From NCBI GenBank assembly GCA_963695555.1, contig CAVOGR010000002.1:288001-352000 (forward strand): a DNA stretch of 64,000 bases, in the 5' to 3' direction. Each line of letters opens with the position of its first letter. Position 1 is the stretch's first letter. The position numbers and the translations under genes were made by a program. This DNA is from an uncultured Gemmatimonadales bacterium (lineage in GTDB: Bacteria > Gemmatimonadota > Gemmatimonadetes > Gemmatimonadales > GWC2-71-9). The notes beneath the pieces are model-generated. The model saw nothing but the letters and a program-made list of their open reading frames with translations, did no database searches and was not told where the DNA came from. Positions 59,106 to 64,000 of this stretch are shown here, in pieces.

Positions 59106-60474
59106 TCACTCCTCTAGGGCGGTCAGGCTCGAGATGCTGACCCCGAATGCTTTACGCCGATCGGCTTCGGCAACGATGAGTTGATACTGCACGAGCGACA
59201 GGCCCAACTGCGAACTCGTCTCCGTAGCCTGGGCGTCGAGCAGTTCGACCACCGTGGCGAGCCCGCCTTCGTACTTCCGACTCACGATCCGGTGGGCCTC
59301 CCGGCTCTGTTCCACCGCACGCTCGGCAATGGCCAGTCGGGTGAGCGCCACCTCGACATCGGTTTGGCGGGCTGCCATCTCTACGCTGCGACCGGTGCGT
59401 CGCCGCCTCGGCCATGGCTCGCGCCGAAGCTTCCCGGCCCTTGGCCGCCTGCATGTCGCCGATCTCCGAGGCCCCCGCAAAGGGCGTCCAGACCGCCATG
59501 ACCCCGACGGTCCAGCTCTTCTCGCCGGCGAAGAACCCGTCGGCGTACCAATCGTACCGGGCGAACGAGTTGACCCTCGGCACATAGCGGGACCGGGCTC
59601 GCCACACGTCGCGCCGGGTGGCGTCCCAGGCGTGGGTAGCTGCCGCCACGTCCTGACGTGCCTGAAGCGTTAACGAATCGGGCCGGATCAAGGCGCGGAT
59701 GCGAGTGGGAGAAGGGAGGCTCTCGGGTAGCGTGGCGGCTGCGCTGGCTGGGTCGCCGAGCAACAACGCCAACTCCCGATGCGCGTTGGCGCTCTCTCCT
59801 CGAGTCATGGCTAGTTGCGCGTCGACTTCGCCGGCACGCACCGAGGCGAGCAGTGCATCGGACCGGGTAACCATCCCGTTCGTCACCATCAACTCAGCTT
59901 GTCTGGTATGTTCGTGCGCGGCGCGGGAGGCGGCTTCCAGTGTCTGGACTTGGAACCCCGCCAGGATCGAGCCGAAATATGCGCGCACGACGTCGGCACG
60001 CACCGACTCCCGGGTCCACCGTGCATTCGCGGCACTTGCCGCGGCGGCACTCGAGGCCGCAGCCCGTCCCAGCCACGCATCGGCGTTGAAGAGTGGTTGT
60101 TCCACCACCAGCGCCCCGGCGTACAGGGATTGGGTCGCCGGATGATTCAGGGCGACGGGATCAAACGCCGCTGGCGTCACGGCGCGCTGCCGGAGGATGG
60201 TTCCAAAGGCGCCGAGCGGATCGGTGGTGCGGGTGTAGCCACCTTCGGCACGGAGGGTCGGTAATACCCCCGCAAGGGCCGAGGTCTTGTCTCCGGACCG
60301 GACCTGGGTTTCCCCCGCGGCAATACGGTTGGAATACGCCAGCTGGTCGGCCCGATCCAGCGCCTCGGCCAGCGAAAGGCTCTGGGCGGCCGCACCGGAC
60401 ACGGCACCCACGGCCAGGGCTGCGCCGAGCACTATACCGTAAACCATTGTCTTTATGTGTTTTACGCTTCGCAT
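59106..60474 (-). CDS. TolC-family outer-membrane factor, one frameshift near 59390
   Basis: LSLAEAL, QPLFN; C-terminal KYEGGLATVVELLDAQ lies in the frame of track ORF 59106-59585. Confidence 0.88.
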
Positions 60475-60531
60475 AGACGCTACCTAAAGGGCGTTGAGCT
60501 CGAAAACCGGCAATTGTTGCTTCACTACTAT

Positions 60532-60548
60532 ATAACCATAAAGTTATA
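60532..60548. promoter_or_regulatory. Putative ArsR operator copy 2, upstream of the TolC-MFP-RND operon
   Basis: ATAACCATAAAGTTATA; ATAAC-N6-GTTAT dyad. Confidence 0.65.
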
Positions 60549-60666
60549 AAACAAGAGGTTGCGTCGCTACAGTTTGAGCCAGGCCTCGTGAAGCCCCTTG
60601 CCATCGAGTATGAGGGTTTCTTGTTTCTCCCCAAAGCTCGATCATGTCCGAGGGTACCGGGTGCTA

Positions 60667-61071
60667 ATGGAAAGCACGATGGAAAACAGGTCGGTCCGAC
60701 TCGATCAGTGGCTCTGGGCTGCGCGGTTCTATAAGACACGCGCCCTGGCTGCTCGCGCCGTCGACGGGGGCAGGGTCCAGGTGGACGGCCAACGGGTAAA
60801 GCGAGCCAAAGCCATTCGCGTTGGCGATCAGATCCGCATTCGACTAGCGCCGTTCGAGTACCAGGTGGTCGTTCGGGAACTGGCCGAGCGCCGGGGCTCC
60901 GCAGCTGCGGCAGGAGAACTCTACCTCGAGACACCGGAGAGCAGGTCGGCTCGGGAGGTTCTTACGACCCGCCTGAAGAGCGCCCCCCCGCCCCTGTTCT
61001 ACGAAAAGGGCCGCCCTTCCAAGAAGGAACGGCGGGAGATGGAGCGACTCAAGCGGCGGCAACGTGAATAA
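60667..61071 (+). CDS. hslR: Ribosome-associated heat-shock protein Hsp15 (S4 domain)
   Basis: VRLDQWLWAARFYKTRALA, LY.ETPES, GRPSKKERR. Confidence 0.93.
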   Translation: MESTMENRSVRLDQWLWAARFYKTRALAARAVDGGRVQVDGQRVKRAKAIRVGDQIRIRLAPFEYQVVVRELAERRGSAAAAGELYLETPESRSAREVLTTRLKSAPPPLFYEKGRPSKKERREMERLKRRQRE

Positions 61072-61152
61072 AAGCAGGCGCCGGCGCACCCACTCGCCCC
61101 CCAAGCTGCTGAGGAGCAGTCATGCACAAGCGCGCAGGCTGGAGCACCGTCC

Positions 61153-63066
61153 GTGAGCGCGCTCCTTGGCGCATTCCCGCGATATGGATCGCCATCGCCG
61201 AGTGACGGGGCGCTCAGCCCCGTGCTCGATGCGCTTCGCGTACGAGGCCGCGATCGGGAAGAGCTGCATCGTGAGGACGCGGCATTGCTCGGAGTGCTCC
61301 GCCACGACTGGGAGCTTGCACCGTGGATCTCGGGGAACGTCCTACTCGCCCGGGACCAGGAAGCCGGTGTCGTCGTTGCCGCGGACGCGGCACTCTATTA
61401 CCGCGACGATTTGGTGCACGCCGTGGAGAGAGCGGGTACTCGGATCCGCGGTCGGAGCCCCGCCGAGCTGATCCTTGCCGCATACCTGGCATGGGGCGAT
61501 TCGTGCCTCGAGCGACTCGAGGGTGATTTCGCCTTCATTCTCTGGGACGGGCGCCAGAGGCGGGTGGTGGCTGCCAGAGATTTCGGCGGGAAACGGCCGC
61601 TGTTTCACGCCGAGCTTGGCGGAACGCTCTTTCTCGCCTCCACCATCCCGGCGCTTCTCGCCGCACCGGGCGCGAGCCGGGAACTCGATTGGACGGTGAT
61701 TGCCGAGGCGGCCGCGGCGCTGACCAACTCGCCGGATGAGACGGCCTTTCGCGCCGTCTGCCGCCTCCCTGCCGGATCGACGCTCGTTTACGAGCCAGGC
61801 TCGGCGCCACGAATCCGACAGCATTGGCACCCACCCACCTTCAGCACCTGGGGGGGGCGAGACGCCAGGGAGGCGGCTGCGGAGTTGCGCATCACGCTCG
61901 AGCGCGCCGTCGATGAGCGCCTGGCAGGCGAAGGCGTAACGGCGTGTTTCCTCTCGGGCGGGTACGACTCCCCGGCAGTTTACGCCGCGGGGCGCCACCT
62001 ATTGGCAAACAGCGGAGCGCGGCGTGAACTCCGTCCTATCTCGATGAGTTTTCCGCCCGGCGACTCCGGCCGGGAAGACGAGCTCATCGAGCAGATCGTC
62101 GGACACTGGAACGACGCGACGCGTTGGATCCAGAGCACGGACGTTCCCTTCTGCGAGGATCCGGAGGAGCACGCGCGTCAACGCGCCGAGCCATTCCCGC
62201 ACCTCTTCGAAACCTTCAACCGCGTCGCCACCCGCGCTGCCGTTGGCCAAGGTGCACGGGTTGTGCTGGACGGGAGCGGTGGCGACCAGCTCTTTGCCGT
62301 CGGGGCGAATGTCTTGTCAGATCTGCTGCGTGGCGGGCACTGGCTGCGGTTGGCTTCGGATTGGAAGGCCCTGGGTGGAGGGAGCTGGCGCGACTTCTTC
62401 AAGGTGGCGGTCCAGCCCCGGATGGGACCGAAACTGCTTCGAGCGGCAACCTGGCTCCGCGGCGGCCGCCCGCTGGCCGATGTCGGGTTCGTTCGCGACA
62501 TCCCGCCCTGGTTCTCGAAGACGTTCGTCGAGCGCCACGGCCTTCGTACCCGCGAGCAGGATCGCCAACCGGCCCGCGGCACCATGAGTTGGTCCGCCTA
62601 CGAAGCCTTGTGGTACCTGACCACCCCGGCGTTCCCTCGCATGGCCGAATACGTCGCGAGCTTTGCCTTGGAGGAGGGCGCCGAGTACCGCTCCCCGCTC
62701 CTCGATAGGCGAATCGTTGAACTGGCGGCCACCCGCCCGGCATCGGACCGGCGCCGGGGCACCGAGACCAAGCTACTGCTTCGCCACGCCATGGAAGGAC
62801 TCCTCCCGACACCCGTCCTCGCTGGGCGGCCGCACAAGACCGGGATGCCGGTGGACTACATGCGGGGATCCGCCCGGACCCTCCTAGGCGGGCCGTTGCG
62901 TCCGCTGCTCCGAGATTCAGCCCTGGCAGAGGCCGGGATCGTCGAGCCGGAGGCCTTGCAGAGGGCAGTCGAGCGCTGTGTGGCTGGTCAGGACGACGGG
63001 CAGGCCGTCGGGCTCTACCTGACCCTCCAGGCCGAGCTCTGGGTGCGCCAGCAGATTGGGGGGTGA
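61153..63066 (+). CDS. Asparagine-synthetase-like protein, probable lasso peptide cyclase (C protein)
   Basis: LEGDFAF, RDFGGKRPLF, PP-loop LSGGYDS, LDGSGGDQLF, SPLLDRRIVE; no N-terminal catalytic Cys; adjacent to a lasso-type precursor. Confidence 0.85.
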   Translation: MSALLGAFPRYGSPSPSDGALSPVLDALRVRGRDREELHREDAALLGVLRHDWELAPWISGNVLLARDQEAGVVVAADAALYYRDDLVHAVERAGTRIRGRSPAELILAAYLAWGDSCLERLEGDFAFILWDGRQRRVVAARDFGGKRPLFHAELGGTLFLASTIPALLAAPGASRELDWTVIAEAAAALTNSPDETAFRAVCRLPAGSTLVYEPGSAPRIRQHWHPPTFSTWGGRDAREAAAELRITLERAVDERLAGEGVTACFLSGGYDSPAVYAAGRHLLANSGARRELRPISMSFPPGDSGREDELIEQIVGHWNDATRWIQSTDVPFCEDPEEHARQRAEPFPHLFETFNRVATRAAVGQGARVVLDGSGGDQLFAVGANVLSDLLRGGHWLRLASDWKALGGGSWRDFFKVAVQPRMGPKLLRAATWLRGGRPLADVGFVRDIPPWFSKTFVERHGLRTREQDRQPARGTMSWSAYEALWYLTTPAFPRMAEYVASFALEEGAEYRSPLLDRRIVELAATRPASDRRRGTETKLLLRHAMEGLLPTPVLAGRPHKTGMPVDYMRGSARTLLGGPLRPLLRDSALAEAGIVEPEALQRAVERCVAGQDDGQAVGLYLTLQAELWVRQQIGG

Positions 63067-63251
63067 AGACCCGCGTGGGGAGGGGTGTCCCCGGTTTGGG
63101 ACATCGCCCACCCCGGGTTGCCGCCAGCCGTTAGCCCCCCCCCCAACCCCCCCTTGCGGACGGGGCTTTCGTACGGTACAGTTTCTGCAGCTAAGAAAGC
63201 TGTTACGGGGTTGTGGTCGTGTAGTCCGGCCCAATGTCTAAGAGGTGGTGT

Positions 63252-63440
63252 ATGTACGCCAAGCCTGTGTTGGAGCGATTCGGCACATTTCGGGATCTCA
63301 CCCAGATGCCGCCGCCACGAGGGAAGAAGGATCCAGGCGCGGACCTGGCGAGTGCGCTCAACTGTGAGTCCCATGCCGCTCCCGGCTCCCACGCGGCATG
63401 TGGTGGCAGTCCCGGTACCGGCGGCGGACGCACGAGCTGA
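63252..63440 (+). CDS. Lasso RiPP precursor peptide (62 aa)
   Basis: GAGGTGG RBS; leader MYAKPVLERFGTFRDLTQ fits YxxPxLxxxGxxxxxTx. Confidence 0.85.
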   Translation: MYAKPVLERFGTFRDLTQMPPPRGKKDPGADLASALNCESHAAPGSHAACGGSPGTGGGRTS

Positions 63441-63491
63441 TTCCGCTGGGAGGTTCTTGACCTCCCGCCGCACAATTACTGAATTGTGAAC

Positions 63492-63532
63492 CGCCCGCCC
63501 TCAGAGAAATCTCCGAGGGCGGGCGTCCCTTT
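63492..63532 (+). terminator. Hairpin/terminator after the precursor gene
   Basis: CGCCCGCCCTC...GAGGGCGGGCG followed by TCCCTTT. Confidence 0.7.
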
Positions 63533-63586
63533 GGGTACAGGCGCCGGCATCGGAATCGCAGCCGCGGGCCCATCAGAACTCGGCTC

Positions 63587-64000
63587 GTGACCCACCCCCG
63601 CGCCCAGAGCACCAATTCCCTCGAACCCCCGTTCGTTCTCATCCGGGCGCTCACCAAGTCCTACCCGATTCACCGCCAATGGCGCGAGATACTGCGGAGC
63701 CCGTTTACCGAACAGTGGACCCCCGCGCTCGAGGGAGTGGACTTAGCCGTTGAGCGTGGCGAGTTCTTCGGCCTCCTGGGGCCCAATGGGGCCGGCAAGA
63801 CCACCTTGTTCAAGGTGCTGTCCACCCTCATCACCCCAGACTCCGGTCAGGCCCAGGTGGACGGCCTCGATGTGGTCCGTGACGCGTCCCAGGTCCGGAG
63901 GATCCTGTCGCCCGTGATCCCGGATGAACGCAGTCTCTTGTGGCGTCTCTCGGCGCGCGAGAACCTGAATCTCTTTGCCGGCCTGTACGGCTACACCGGC
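63587..64000 (+). CDS. ABC transporter ATP-binding protein, runs off the window
   Basis: Manual translation from GTG 63587: ...[28 protein letters not shown]...LSARENL; Walker A. Confidence 0.9.
   Translation, partial: MTHPRAQSTNSLEPPFVLIRALTKSYPIHRQWREILRSPFTEQWTPALEGVDLAVERGEFFGLLGPNGAGKTTLFKVLSTLITPDSGQAQVDGLDVVRDASQVRRILSPVIPDERSLLWRLSARENLNLFAGLYGYTG

Noticed and set aside
61153..63066. Housekeeping glutamine-dependent asparagine synthetase AsnB
   Set aside because: Lacks the N-terminal catalytic Cys and GEGADE motif, and lies next to a lasso-type leader peptide.

Overview
GC-rich bacterial chromosomal segment; gene content suggests Gemmatimonadota, which is an inference and not tested. 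Left end (0.5-12.9 kb, downstream of a tRNA-Cys 3' end): an accessory-looking patch with one intact and two degenerate integron attC sites but no integrase, a DUF3224 cassette, DUF1697 and HigB-like fragments, a frameshifted beta-propeller gene, alpha-carbonic anhydrase with a winged-helix regulator, a CPA2-TrkA_N-PTS EIIA antiporter fusion and an IorAB-type molybdoenzyme. Middle (13-52 kb): mostly housekeeping and envelope genes (glnA, mqnD, HD-GYP and REC-HisKA regulators, lemA-htpX, YhaM-like nuclease, glf-GT2-GT-C trio, ogt, lepB, bcp, peptidases, an RND pump, Hsp20). This part also holds an unannotated ~420-nt highly structured minus-strand region (26.79-27.22 kb) with a promoter-like motif, an intrinsic terminator and an adjacent cluster of DnaA-box-like motifs, the best candidate for an undescribed element. 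Right end (52.6-64 kb): a persulfide dioxygenase-rhodanese/ArsR/RND module sharing one operator-like motif, hslR, and the start of a lasso-peptide-type RiPP cluster (cyclase, precursor with an atypical 44-aa two-Cys core, ABC ATPase) that runs off the window. Several single-base frameshifts look like long-read indel errors. All family calls come from motif recognition by eye; no searches were run.
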